Shown piece after piece: positions 37,576 to 51,351 of a DNA stretch of 64,000 nucleotides (its first letter is position 1; the number at the start of each line of letters is the position of its first letter). The stretch covers positions 1,612,001-1,676,000 of the forward strand of contig CM039001.1 in NCBI GenBank assembly GCA_017499595.2, given 5' to 3'. The notes under the pieces were generated by a model that was not told where the DNA came from, made no database searches, and worked only from the letters and a program-made list of their open reading frames with translations. The DNA comes from Psilocybe cubensis. Its lineage: Eukaryota. A program made the translations under genes and the position numbers.

Positions 37576-39591
37576 TCAATCCGCCATGACGCGTCGTGGA
37601 CAGGGAGGACGTTTGCTCCTCCTCAGTGGTAATACTTGCGATGATTCTTCAACTTTGACTTTGTGTTCTTTCATCTGGCGATTTTGGTCCAAATAGCTGT
37701 CGCGTGCAACCCATTTCGACTTCGATGCATGCACTCTGTATCCTGAAATATGCACACTTTCATAATGGTAGGACACCAAATGGTAGAGCACCGTGTGGAC
37801 TGGATCCTCTTCACCTTTAGACGGAGCCTTCAAGATTCTTTTGATTGTCTCCGGTAAGGCGTCTAACTGCCCTTGCTGCATATTCAAAAGATCGATTTTG
37901 TAAGTACACCCTGGACAATTCCAGACGAAACAGCCGATAGGAATGCTCGGTGGTTCAAAGCAAAAGCTAGGGATTTTGCCGTGTTTTGCGACCTCACTGA
38001 CTTCCGACTCTGATGTTTCTGAGGTCGATTCATCGCTGAAGTCCGAATCATACTGGAAACGAATGTCGTTTTGAGGATGAGGTATTTGTATATCATGTAT
38101 CGGTTCAGGAGACTAGAAGACATGGGTTTTTGAGAGGTAATTTGGTCTTCCATATGATTACATACCCTTCTAATTGGCTTGGTTCTCTTTTTCTTGACGA
38201 GTCTTAATTGGTTTTCCCAGAATTGTTCAGTTTCTCCATACCGCGCGAGACTGCGTGCCAACGGTTCCACTGGATCTTGTGTATAGTTTCCCCACATTTC
38301 CCCTGCTTTCTTAGCCTCTTGAGAATCCTTTCGCGCCTGTTTACAGAAGCTGATCCATTTTTGTACATCAAATAAATTTGCGGAACCTTGTTTACGGGCT
38401 ATCATATGAGCGAGCAGCCATTCTGCATGTTCTGCAAATAGAGATCTGATATATGCACGAGGAATGTGTCTTAAATGCCGTGGAGCATACTGGTGGCCTG
38501 GTTCCACAAAAAATCGTTTTTGTTTGTCTCGAGGAAGAATAATGTCCATATATTGACGGATTGCCCATTCGATATCTCGATCTTCCGGAGGTGTATGTCG
38601 ATCTATTTCAACCAATTCGGCCACTAAGGCACGAAGACGATATCTTTCCAGAAAGTTTTGACTCTTTCGAAGGGTTCCCCAGTAATACGATTCAACACTG
38701 TATGTCCTCTTTCTGCAAAGAGTAGCAATATTTGGATATGTCAACAGGTAAACTCTTGAGATGAAAACCGAGTGCTTACGTTTGTTCATATTGTGAGTAG
38801 ATAAGTAATTTGTCAGGATCAGTAGTGGCTATGAGCGATATCAGACCATGAAACTGTGTCAATGATAGATAAACCCACATGTTAAAAAATGGGCCAAGAG
38901 GCTCTTGCGACAATACAGTCTTACTTTGACTCGAGCTGCATCTGCCCTTCTTGCACTATACAGTCTCTGGAGGGTAAGGTTGGCTATGCCTTCATTGCCA
39001 GCTACCTCTTGAACATCCCTTGTTAGATATACAAGGCCTTCGTCGGAAAGCCATTCCAGGTCATCAATTTCAATCACACCCATAAATATGACATCTGGAT
39101 TCTTCGAGATGCGCGAACCGACTGGTGGGGACGTTATATATTCCGTCTCATCGAAACTGAAAATCATACATCGTCAAACATTAAACTTGACAAAGATCAC
39201 AAAGCGCGTACCCTGTTGGTTTAGGATCTCCCTTGAAGAACAACCGAAGGTCATTCATCACCAATTTTACTCCAGGGCGGGGAAAGTCGGCTCTGAGGAT
39301 AGCTTCAGTATACGGCCCATAGATATGTTCAAGCATTTTATCGATAGACTTTGTCCCCATCCGAAGTGGTCCAACAATGCCAATCCCTGTGTTGTTGAAG
39401 AATAATTCAAGATATGTATTCGGATACCAAGCTAAATAGTAGTCAGGAGAAGGTATAAAAGTGCGGTGTATCCGTTTGTGAGAAATTATGGGCCAAGAAT
39501 GAGCAGGGGAACTTAAAGTCGTCAAGTATTGCTTGAAAGCCAAACAACGACTGACCCAACTGAGTCCTGATGCGGACGTTGGATTGGTCAC
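37576..39591 (-). CDS. Hypothetical multi-exon protein with a C-terminal Cys/His cluster; 5' end uncertain
   Basis: Four consecutive minus-strand ORFs joined by plausible GT-AG introns. C-terminal WNCPGCTYKIDLL...HYESVH and a basic tail. Confidence 0.6.
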
Positions 39592-39974
39592 AAATGGTTC
39601 CAGTCACGGCAATCAGTGCTGTATATACCCTTTTGGGAGTTCTGAACTGACCTGAATAATGTGGTTCACTACAGTGTAAAATCCGTCCATTGGCGATAGA
39701 GAAGACAAAGTTATACAATATAGTGCTAGTATTTTGATACAAATTCGAAAACAGTCCATAGACTAGGTGTAGTCACTGAGGAATGAAAATAATATGGCAT
39801 GATTCGGGAACAGAATAGTTCATCGAATGATTGTGAAATCTTGGATGAAGGTAAGACTAGTAATGTTGATAGACGCTGTATGCAGAACAGAATACAAAAG
39901 GGCATGAAACAAGAATGAGGTGGCTGTACCAGCGAACAGAGTTGCATAATCAATGGGGGTGCAATTGAGCGAAT

Positions 39975-42900
39975 TTAAGGATGTGGCCCGCCGGAACTAC
40001 CAGCATCAGGTCGATCCCCTCTTCCGAAGAACGAGTTAGCATAATGCTCAGCAGCGTTAATGGTGCTTCGAAAAGTCCTCTTGACGCTTCTCGCTCGGGG
40101 GTCCGATCCACCCTGCAGCTGGACTTGATTGCCGGTTTGTTCACGTCGCCCTCTCGAATCTGTAACAAGGGTATGTTGCCTGTTGTTATCGTTTGTGGCT
40201 ACATCCAATAAGGCTGATGATTCGGGTGGCACACGTCTGTTCACCGACGACGAAGCATTGTGTAGCCAAGAATTTTCTGCGGGTGGTGCAACAGGCGTGG
40301 AATGTTCTGGGACTTTCGTAGGTTCGCATTCTGAATCAGAACTGGCAAACTGCGATGGTGGTTCTAATGCAGGGGTTTCAGATAACCGAGGTGCAGACGC
40401 TGGCATCGGGGTGAGGTCTGGATTAGCATTCAGTCCACTTCTGACATTTCCTCCATGAGCTCCGCGGCCATGGCCAATTTCAGCATAATTAAGATCTGGG
40501 GTCAGAGCACCATTTCCACGGGATGAGACAGTTGGAGATGTAGGCCTTTCCTGATAGGTTCTAAAGAAACCCGATCCATTATCATTTGGTACTAGATCGT
40601 TGGGCGACGGTGAAGCCGATGATTCAACGACTGGTAGTACATCGGCGATAGGTCTGAGTTGTGTACGGGTCCACGACAATACCTCGGTGTCAAGCACACG
40701 ACTGCTTTCGCCTTCAGTTTGCCGCCGTTGCTCCAGACCATCTTGTCCCGCGATTGTATTGTTGGGGCGGGCCACAACTCGCTGAGTGTTCCCCGCTCGT
40801 GTCCGGTTTCTGAGAGCTCCAAAGTCAGAATATTCTTCTTGATGTCGTGATGGTCCGGCAAGAGGTGTCGCGGCTTGGATTTGAGCATTTAGTCGCGTAG
40901 TAGCTCCGCGTATATTGGTTGTTGGCGAAGTAGAAAGATGTGGAACACCGTTCCCGTTACGATGAGAAGAATTGACGTGATGCCCGCCAACCGCACTGGG
41001 GTTGGATAAGAAATTCTGTCGTTGCCGTGCAATATGCTCTTCGACATTTGCATTGCGGATACGGTGCGAGGGTCGACCATCATTATACATGATGTCAGGG
41101 CGAGGGAATCTCTCCCTCTCTCTAGCCTCAACATAAATCTCCGGTTCTGGGGTATCATCTTCCTGGGAATCAATATCATCTTCTTCATACTCGGTATCGT
41201 CCGTGTTATTCATCTCCGTGATGCGGTCGAATAGTTCTGTGAGATATGTCCGAAGCTGTGAGACACCTTTACCGGAGAACACGCAAAAAGCAAGACGTTG
41301 GGCAGTATTAAAATCCTAGAAATCACCGAGCGTTTGAAGGGTATTCGCACAGATAAAAAATGAATCTTCTTACTTTGGGCGCCTCGCGGCAGAATCTCTG
41401 TAGTTCTGCCTGCCTAAATGCCGGAACTCCAGTTAAACTGAGATGGGTTAATTTGTGAAGTTTTAAAAGGAGAAAGTGGATGGCCATGACTGAAATCTGA
41501 TCACAGTATGACAAATGGATACGTTCAAGGGTAGCATGCCGCTCAGCCAGGGCATAAATAGCTTCATCTGTGAGCCGATTGACGCGAACTAGGCCAACCC
41601 GTCGCAATTTGGGCAACAACGAAAGTTCAAATACAGACATGTCGGTTAGATTGACACAATCTGCACCTCAAGGTGAATATGATAATATATTGGGGAAGAC
41701 ATAACGACTCACTTGCAAAATCGATATATCGTATACGCGTACATGCTCGGGCAAGAAGGCGCACGGCACGATCGGTAATCTTGCTTGCATGACCGAGATG
41801 TAAATAGTGTAGGTGTCGCCCAATTTTGCAAATGGTCTCCACTGACTTATCGGTAAGGAGAACACATTTTGAAAGCACCAAGTTTCGAATTTTAGATGCA
41901 TGTGAGATGATGCCTTCGACAGCATCATCTGTGACGAGAGCACACGCTGTCAAGTCTAGCATACGCAAATTATCGAAAGTACGATTGATATGAAGAGGAG
42001 GTAATTCGTCTGTCTTTGCACTGGAATGAGCAAACGGATTGATAGCGTCACCCTGGGAATCGGGTCGTAGAGGAGCAGGAAAAGCAGCATCCGTGAGGAG
42101 TATGCAGTGAGATAAACGCATTTCTCGCATATGGGTAAGGTGTGTCCAGATAAGACGCACTGAGACATCTGTGATGAGTGCACAATGATTGAGGTCGATT
42201 TCCAAAAGCATAGGACAATTCTCTGCAAGCGCAGAAACTGAGATGTCTGTAATTTTGGTTAAATTGCTCAGTTTGACGCGGCGAAGAAGGGGGCACGACT
42301 TGGCAAGAGCAACGATTCCAGAATCGGTAACATTCTCACAACCCGAAAGGTTGATGCCCTGCAAACGGGTGGCGACAGAGGCAAGACCGATGATGGCTTC
42401 GCTTGATGTATTTGTGACGCCTGTGAGGTCGATGGCAACAAGGTGGGAGAATTTAGGAAGGATGGAACAGAGTGCCTCGCTGGATATCTGCTTGCATCCT
42501 ATCAATGTTAGTCGTTCGAGACGGTCACAACGGGCAAACATGCTGATGAGTTCATCGGAGAGTTCTGCGCCATGATTGAGAAAATTGAGACGACGAATGA
42601 AGAGGGCGTAGGTGAATGTCTGTTTCTCTCGCTGGAGAAGGGCGGCCATCTTGTGTATCGTATTGTACTTTGGAAACGAGGGCTTGTGCCACAGGAGCTC
42701 GACAGAACACTGGCACCAGGTACGCGAAACTCGCAGGGCGGTATAGAGATCTTTAGATGAATGCAGATGCTTGAAAATCTGGATCATAATCTCTGCGGGT
42801 ATTGTTGATATGGGAGAATGGGAAGCAGGCCTGTGGACGACGGTGGAGGTGGGCTGCCCCTTGAAAGCCCATGGGGCGGGAAGGACATGGTGGTCTGGAT

Positions 42901-42991
42901 TGAAGGCAAACTGGTTGGTCTCCTCGTCGTTGTCGTCGTCGTCGGAGAGGGAGGTGGTGGAGGGAGCATGGTGCTTGTAGAGGGAGACCAT
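39975..42991 (-). CDS. GRR1: SCF F-box/leucine-rich-repeat protein Grr1
   Basis: F-box (IPAEIMIQIFKHL...VSRTWCQCSVELLWHKP), YALFIRRLNF, CDRLERLTL, Cys-containing LRRs, LPKLRRVGLVRV, LTHLSLTGVPAF, FCVFSGKGV. Confidence 0.93.
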
Positions 42992-43111
42992 GATAGACGG
43001 AGTGGATGCAGGGAGAGTTCCTGGAACCTTGTGTCAGCCTGGTTTACATACAGAACAACACGTGCTTTTTCTGGAATTGGCCAGGCAGCGGTCCGGCTCT
43101 CCTTCTCTGCA

Positions 43112-43700
43112 ATGTCCTCCAATGTAAGCCGTCTTGTCTATTCATTGTATTTATCTGAGCCATATGTCTAGCGCCCACCATCATTCGACGAAATTTTACA
43201 ATCATCTTCGCTCCCTAGTCCTGGTCCTGACTACTATGCCGCCCGTCGCGAGATATGGCTAACTAGCCGTCCTCACATCACACATCGTCCCCCGCCTCCT
43301 TCCAATTCCAGAAAGAAATTGGAGGAAGTCTTCAGCCGTCCCGGTGCCGTCTACAACGAGGATATCTGGGCCAATGGCCTCGATAAAGTATGGAAGGGTC
43401 TATCTTCCGGTGGGAAACTCAGAGTCAGCTTGCCAATGGGTTTGATCGTATGTTATGCCTTTCATTTCACCCGGCACACTCATTGTTTGCAACGTTTATC
43501 AGATCCAGATCATACACGCCGGTTGGTTGCGCGATAAAACGTGGCCAGCTGGGTTAGAGGTCAAGGATTCAGGGGATGAGCAGCAAGCAAATGGTGCACC
43601 ATCATCTGTCGCCACGATGCGACAATCACCGTCAGCGCAGACATTTAGAACGTCAGATATCATGGAGCCCATGCCTCCACACACAATTAGTAGAAGATGA
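43112..43700 (+). CDS. Gag1-like clamp (DUF4050) domain protein, 3 exons
   Basis: MSSN|RPPSFDEIL...PGPDYYAARREIWL...VWKGLSSGGKLRVSLPMGLI|IQIIHAGWLRDKTWP matches the G..W..RR..W and LPL..II..L..GW..DG.WP pattern of the family. Confidence 0.75.
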
Positions 43701-43999
43701 GAGAAATGAAGACCGCTTTAATTTTGTATGGGCTTCCTCCAGGCTTTTTTGGCATTTGTATTTGAAGAAGGGACCCATCGATGTTATTAGAGAGCTTCCG
43801 TGGTACATGTCTCTAAAATTGTGTTGTTGAGGACGCCTGGCGTGACCATCAAATGTGGTACAGTGCGACCTGCTACCCAAAATGCGGCAAGGCGCGACGT
43901 ACTGTGTGCTATTTCCCAAGGGCATTCAACGGAATAAGGCGAATACATCATTGCTGATTAGATCCTGCTCGCCAAAATAGAAATGCTTGTCTCTATCAC

Positions 44000-44452
44000 T
44001 CATGTACGAGACGGTGGAGAAACCTGATGCAGTCGGATGGTAAGAAAAGGCAAGTGAAGTGTGAGATTAGAACGAACAAGAATCACGCCATCCCCCCGAA
44101 CGAATAGCATGTCCATTTTGCGCTTTGCGACCTATTGACTTGAATCAGGAAGGCTAGAGCATTCTCTACAGGTAAACTTGACGTACATTCACAACATTCT
44201 GGCCGTTCGCGATATTGTCAGGATCAACAATCATGATAGTCTCTTCAACATCGCTCATTATCAAATTCATATGACCATCGTAAGCCTGTACAATCACCTA
44301 TGAATACGCGCCCCAATGAAAGAGGTGTGGAACCTTACATGAAGTATGCCAGTTAGTTCCCGGTCTCCTCTTAACTTGACAAAAACCCTTTCGCTGAGAG
44401 AAAGTCGTATTAGATCAAAAGGCTCTTGTATTCCAGTTACTGATGGGTCCAT
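44000..44452 (-). CDS. LSM3: U6 snRNA-associated Sm-like protein Lsm3
   Basis: [46 protein letters not shown]...[18 protein letters not shown]. Missed by the ORF track because the exons are short. Confidence 0.93.
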
Positions 44453-44635
44453 GTTCAGCCGTTCCAGCTAGAAGCAAGGGCGGATACCGAGGAAGGTCGA
44501 TGTTCGTCGCAACTCGTGCCAAACAGCGCGATCGGTGGAAAGGTGATGCGGGCACGTGATGATGATTTAAAAGTCCGATCATTTCAATTATTCTAGTCGG
44601 TCGCAAGAACAAGTGGACGTACGACAACGACGATC

Positions 44636-45559
44636 ATGCCAGTGAGTATGCCATTCACAAGACGGACAAGCTGGAAACTAATTATTCAATACAGAAACAC
44701 TACTGCGACTACTGTGACGTCTTCCTCACTCACGATTCTACGTCAGGTAAGATTCGTTTTGCAGTTCTTCTAGTGGACTTTGGGCGCTGACCGACTTTTC
44801 CAAAGTTCGCAAAGCTCACAACAGTGGCAGGAATCATCTTTCAAACGTCCGTGATTATTATGCATGTACGTATCTCATATTACTTGGAATAGACTGATAT
44901 GTACTGATTGTTATAATTCAGCTTTAGGACACGACAAGGCCCAAAACATTATTGATCAAATCACCTCCGCCTACGAATCTGGAGGACCTCCTCCTGGTGG
45001 GTTCGGCTTTGGACCCCAGCATCTTGGAGCACCTCCGCCTGGTTTTGGACCACCTCCAATGGGATACGGAGGACAGCCAATGCCACCTCCAGGATTTGGC
45101 GGTCGTAAGTATTTCCTGTTTTCTAGTCTGATCCGAACAGAACACTGAAGTGCCATTACGCTAGCCCGCCCACCGTTCCCTCCTGGCCCAGGATTTCCTC
45201 CCATGATGCCCCCCGGTGGACCTCCATTCCCTCCCGGTGGTATGCCTCCTCCTGGTATGAATGGCCCTCCCGGTGGATTTGGAGGTATGTCGTCTGTTTT
45301 GTGTACGCCAACGGATTCAACTAAACACAGTTCATCAGGGCCACCGCCATTCCCACCGTCTGGAGGACCACCCGGCGCAGGCATGGGTGCACCCCCCTTC
45401 CCACCGAATGCTCAGGGCGGAGCACACCCTCCTCCCGGTGCAAATTTCAACGGACCTCCTGGATCACAAAACGGGCCTCCACCAGGTGCGAATGCGGGAC
45501 CAACTGCGCCAAGCATCCACCCGGATAGACTGAGAATGCTAAATAGCGGTGGAAGATGA
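44636..45559 (+). CDS. YHC1: U1 snRNP protein C
   Basis: MP|KHYCDYCDVFLTHDSTS|VRKAHNSGRNH matrin-type Zn finger plus a Pro/Gly-rich tail. Confidence 0.95.
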
Positions 45560-45760
45560 TATGACTAGTTCTTATGTTGTGATGTCAGTGTTCTGTATGT
45601 AGATTAAATAGCACGGTAGTTTGAACATAATCGAACCAACGAACGTTCGTCGTTGGGTTGGTCCGGTGTATTTCCTATTCGGGACGAGAATTGGAAAGTC
45701 CGTCGCTATATATAGGTAGGCGAGTCTGGTCGTCGACCTTTTCTCTTTCACCCGCTACCG

Positions 45761-46367
45761 ATGTCCACACAACCCCTCCTCCAACGAACCGCCACAAAGC
45801 GTATCGCCCTCCCTGTCCGTGTAGAACCCAAGGTCTCCTTTGCAAACGAGCGTACTTTTCTCTCATGGCTCCATTTTACTGTCGTCCTCGGTGGTCTTGC
45901 AGTCGGTTTGCTCAACTTTGGCGATAAGGTCCATTCTCTTTTGGCCCCCATCTCTTGTCTCCTAACCAGATATTCTGCAATACAGGTTGGAAAAATCAGT
46001 GCTGCCTTATTTTCTCTAGTCGGTTCGTCCCTCAGCTTCCACAACATGGCCTGAAACATAGTCTTAAACGACCACACACAGCAATGGCCATCATGATTTA
46101 CGCGCTCTATACCTACCATTGGAGAGCAGCATCCATACGTCGCGGCGGAAGGGGTCCTTATGATGATAGGGTCGGTCCGGTGAGTCTACGTCATTACCCC
46201 CATTCCTTAAGCTTCGTACTCACGAGGTATCGTTCCCAATCAGACTGTTCTGTGCATCGCGCTTCTCAGTATGCATCGCGCTTTTTCAACTTCTTTAGAG
46301 TTTTTACTTATATCAGCATTTAGTTGCCGTTTTGATCAACTTTATCCTTCGTTTTACACAACCATGA
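45761..46367 (+). CDS. VTC1: Vacuolar transporter chaperone subunit Vtc1
   Basis: [33 protein letters not shown] and three TM segments. Confidence 0.95.
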
Positions 46368-46596
46368 AGATCTCAAAACAAGCTTCTTAGGAGTCGGACA
46401 TTTTCACAGATACCAACATGCTTTCCACCATCCATCATATTTCCTCGGGCATTTCATATTAACCATATCTTAAATTTTTGTTGTGTACCGTATGGATACT
46501 CTAACGCTTTACACACAACATCAGCATGTATCTATTTATTATTCATATACAGAACATCGACCTACCACGGAAGCAAACGGCATTTTTACAATCCTT

Positions 46597-48513
46597 TCAG
46601 TTCTTCTTCTGTCGTTTAACGCCTGCTCGTGTTGACGCAGTATCTACGGACGACACCGATACAGATCGTCGAGGCTGCAAAAATGGTAACGACAAGAGCG
46701 CAATCAATAGAAGCATATGTACGACTCACATGTTTCCTGTTCCTCGCACTCCGAGCACTCATAACACTTTGAGCTCTCCCATCTTCGCCATCTTCATTTT
46801 CGCCTCCCGTTTCCCCGAAATTAGAGCCTTCCGCGTCCCCGGTGTTCTCCTGCTTCATTTCGACATCGGTTGCAGCTTGGCTAGCCTCTCTCATTCCCAG
46901 CCTATTTTTTAGCACTTGTATGTCATATTCAACTTTATCCATGACTCGCTTCGTTTCAATCAAAGCTGTCGTTGCGTCCAAGAGAGCCTCCAGTTGCGCA
47001 GTGTTTTCACGTGTCGGCATAACCAGTCGGCTGTGAGAGATTCCTAATTCTGCCAGGGCCTGCGTGATTTTAGGTGCAATGGCAGCTTTAGGCGTAGGTA
47101 GCTTAAACGACCGTAGGTATGCTGGTTGGTGTGCAGCCTTGGTAGCTACACCGGAAGTTGGCGGTTCCGTTCGGATAATACAATGCGTAGCATCTGTAAG
47201 TCATGACTGTTAAGTTCTCAGAAAACTTGAATAAATAAATAAATGTACCGTAGACTGCATTCTTAGTTGTGCTTGGACGTTTAAGAGCTGGGGTGGATGC
47301 CACAGAAGGCGTGGCTGGGCTGTCCACGTCTGTTGGTTGTCCCCCTTTCTTTTTTGTAGTGGCTCCCTTGGTTGTCGTCTTCTCATTGGAAATACCCATT
47401 TGAGTGCCATCGTCCTCTACAATGTCGGGTAATCCAGAGTCAATGCCCGCAAGCGTTCTCAGTAGGCTTTCCCGCTCTTTTTTGAATTTCCTCTCGTTAT
47501 GTTCCAAGCGTTTGACCTCGATATATAAAGCCTCTTCCTCTGCAATTTGATCTGGTGTCCGGTTTTCAAGACTGATAATGTATTTTTTTCTGGTCATTTC
47601 ACGTTCTGGTAATGTTGTTACTATTGGGTGAAGATAAAATGGTGATGTTCTCTTACCTTTGTCAAACTGGAAACTAGATATCAGTTGTGCTTTGCTAGCT
47701 TCGTCCCCTGCCCACGGCCGATTTCGAACCAGCTTCCGACATACGCTGTAGTAACGATCTTTCAGGTCCTATACCCCGGTGAGATGCAGGGCGAGCCTTG
47801 ATGACGAATGTTCATACCTCGAGTGATCGAGTTGGCCCTCCGGGGAAGTCATAGCGATCATAGATTATATACCACCGAGAGTCATAGTCTTGTACAACGC
47901 TGAATAGGTAGTCTGTCTCTTCTTTGGTCCATTCTTTATCTGTATACATGAGTTGTTAAGCGCGTTCCTTGTTGCGGCTTTAAACCATACCGTCCAGAAA
48001 GCGCGTATATTCATCTTGTGAATATATGTATGTAGTCGACTGGGTGTTATACTTTGCAAAGGCATATTCTAATGCATTGAAAGGAGATGTAATCAATCAT
48101 AAAGATAGAAATAAAAAAAAACAAAGTACGCTTACCGGTAGGAGGATCGGAGGTCACTTTTTCCCAATGCCAAAGTTCAAGGTTATCCTGTCGAGCACCA
48201 TTCTTAAAGGGTCGTAGTTCCCTGAATGTACAGTGACATTATTAAACACGGCATAATTACAGCTTATGGCTACCAACCATCTAGTTTTTGCGGTTCCACC
48301 GCCAAAATTTGGCTTCTGTTTTAGACGTGGTTTGGCAAGTTGGGCCGCTAATGAGGGTGCTGATGGGCCGATGAGAGAGTACAATTCCCTTGAGATCCCA
48401 TCCGGTTTTCGCGCATTTTGTGGTAAATGTTTCTTGGGTTGTGAGGGTCCAGCGGTCGCATTCCCCTCTGGTATTGAAAGTGCGCTGCGAACATCTGCTG
48501 CAGAGATGGCCAT
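46597..48513 (-). CDS. SWC4: SWR1/NuA4 subunit Swc4/Eaf2 (DMAP1)
   Basis: PDGISRELYSLIG, SANT domain (WTKEETDYLF...YDSRWYIIYDRY; DLKDRYYSVCRKL), QIAEEEALYIE. Confidence 0.92.
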
Positions 48514-48739
48514 GGAGGATGAGGAGAAAGAGAGCCTTTGTCACGTGCAATAACACGCGATCAAAAGAGAACAGGGGCATTTGATGGCTGCTCTTTATAC
48601 AAGGTCGTAAATGTAATACCCTACCCTGGGTCAACGTAAACGTGCTGCGCAATCAATTGTTATTTAACTGTGGGCATTGAGACCCTCTTGTGGCCTACAA
48701 TATCATACCCCAATCCTCCTGCTTGCACGTACAGTCACA

Positions 48740-51351
48740 ATGTCTAATTCCAAGTTTGAGGATTCGGGTCACATTGACTTGGCAGGGGACGAGTTTGTCA
48801 ATATCTGGACGACTGAAGGCGGACAAACGCTCACTGCGGAGTCTACGAAGAAAGATAACAAAGACTTCTATGAGCAATGGGTAGCAAAGTGTAAGACATC
48901 ACCTCGCAGCTTGCTCAAATTTCACTCCAGTGGTGCCATTATTGACATGGCTGCATGGTTATCATAGCTTCCGGAACGCTGGCAATACCTGCTGTAGCAG
49001 GGTGCGTTTATGCTTTGCTGGGGCCTTTACTCCCTGTGACTTACGCTCATCTTAGCGCAGATGCTTTGCGAGCACTATATCCAGACCATTCCGTTATCCT
49101 GACGCAAGGGTATTCATTCAATATCCTTGGTTTCCCGGCTGCTACTTTTATTCCAATTGATACAACAAAGCTTGTTAACAACCTCGTCTACGTTCCAGTT
49201 GCAAGAAATCTAGGTACTGTCCCTGGCATTTTAGCTAACAACATTGTCTTTGGAGGGTTCAAAGTAGCTTGGAAGGTGGGTTTTTTATATGTCCTTTACT
49301 GCTCGGTGGATTTCAACTAATTTTTCCCTCAGCAATTCGAGTATATCATATACACCATCGAGGTATGTCTCTGATCATGATTGCATTATATGTATACGGA
49401 CATACGTCGTCAGTTCCCTGAGGGATTCGGTAAATTACGACAGTACTTTATCTTGCACAAAGGTATCGTATTTTAGTCCTTGATAAGTCAACTCTCACCT
49501 TAACCTGGTTCAGGCCCTGAAGAAGTCTCTCGCTTATTTCTTCTTGCGGCTGGGGCCTGGAATGACTCTTTACATGATGAGATCTGGGTATTTAACCAAG
49601 GATTTTGGTCAAAAGACCATGGCCTTTGGGTTGAAGTACAGAAAGCAGACTGGAAAGACGTCATACTCGGCGAAGACTTCAAGCAAGCACTCCAGAAAGA
49701 CGTGTACGGGTTCTTCTCCTCAGAAGCCATATATAAAGAATTGGCTATTCCATGGAAGGTGCGTTGGCAACTACGGCGTTTCTGTTTACCTTTTAATGAT
49801 TTACTTATAGCGCGGTCTCATAATGCATGGTCCGCCAGGTATGCCTACTAGTAATTATATAATACTAAAACATTTTTGTAAACACGTCTTGGTTCACAGG
49901 AAATGGTAAAACTATCAGCCTCAAAGCCATCATGAAGACCTGCGGGGAGAAAGGCTTTTCGCCTTTGTACGTCAAGTCATTCAAGAGTGTGTACTTCATG
50001 CCGATTAAAAGTGTATGATCTAACTATTTCTCAGGCTATAAAGGCGAAGAAGGCGCTATGGCAGATGTGTTCGACAAAGCTCGTCAACTTTCACCTTGCG
50101 TTATTATTCTCGAAGATCTCGACAGTCTCATCAACGATTCCAATCGTTCTTTCTTCCTTAACCAACTCGATGGGTTGGAGGGAAATGATGGGATGCTCAT
50201 CATTGGAACTACCAACCACTTTGACCGACTTGACCCAGCACTCAGTACTAGACCAAGTAGGTTTGATAGGAAATAGTGAGTCTAATTTTTTTTCTCGTGA
50301 ATGCGGCGTTCAAATTCAACCATGGCTCAGCTTATTCGACGATCCAACGGAGTCAGAACGAAAATTATACGCTAAATATTGGCAAACCAAATTGAAGTCA
50401 AATAAGGATATCAACTTTCCAGACGAGTTGGTCGATAAGGTCGCACATCTCACTGAAAAATTCAGTTTCGCTTATCTCAAAGAAGTATTGTAAGTATCAA
50501 TTCTTTTCACGCTGGAATATTTGTTGACGTTGATTAATTTTGACATTTAACTCAGCGTTTCATCTTTGGTCACGCTTTCAGGCATTGAGGGCGAGAAGCC
50601 GACTTTAGAAAGCCTATTGCTGAAACAAATTAAAGTCCTTCGTAAACAGCTAGACAAACCCACAACTTCAGTGGAAAACCTCAAGCCCACTCATACTCGC
50701 ATTTCCACTTCTCCAGCTAATCCCTTTGTTTCAACCGGTCGTGGCGTTTCCTCAGAGCCCGACTTGGATCCAGATACAAATCTAGCTCTGGGCTTTGATT
50801 ACCTGACGTCTTTTCAAGGCTCCGACTTCTTTTCCGATGGAATGCGTAGACGCCAGGAAATCAATGCATCACTTCGAGAGAGGCTACCACGACCTGGCGT
50901 AAGGAATCATCCAAGTCGGGGATCACTTGATGAAACTTTCTCGCATATAGAGCCAGAGATAAACTCAATAAGGCATATACGATTCCGAGACCGCGGTGCC
51001 GATTCAAGTTTAAATAGGCTTGGATTCTCTCAATCTACCTATCCCGAAACTCAGCGAGCTAGGTCAACGACAGACCGCGAACAAAGTTACCGGCTGGCTC
51101 AGGAGGTAGGATTACACGTCGCGCAGCAGATTCCAGACGAGACGATGAACTTCCCACTGCCCGCCTACTTAGACACCATTCACTTATCTTCTTGGCCAGC
51201 TCTGAAGAGAGGCTCCACCTCATCTAGTGCCTCATCATCTATTGCAAATGACTCGGAGGGCATGCACAATCCATTCTCCACTCATGCTAGTTGGGATCAT
51301 AGGCTGGGCACAACCGGTTCCATCCCCTCAAGTTCCACCCTTAACGACTGA
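48740..51351 (+). CDS. Fungal AAA+ ATPase (single AAA domain) with low-complexity C-terminal extension
   Basis: [16 protein letters not shown] Walker A, IILEDLD Walker [23 protein letters not shown] second region of homology. Confidence 0.88.

Noticed and set aside
44980-45510. CCT/GGT-rich quasi-repeats
   Set aside because: Explained by the Pro/Gly-rich tail of U1-C.
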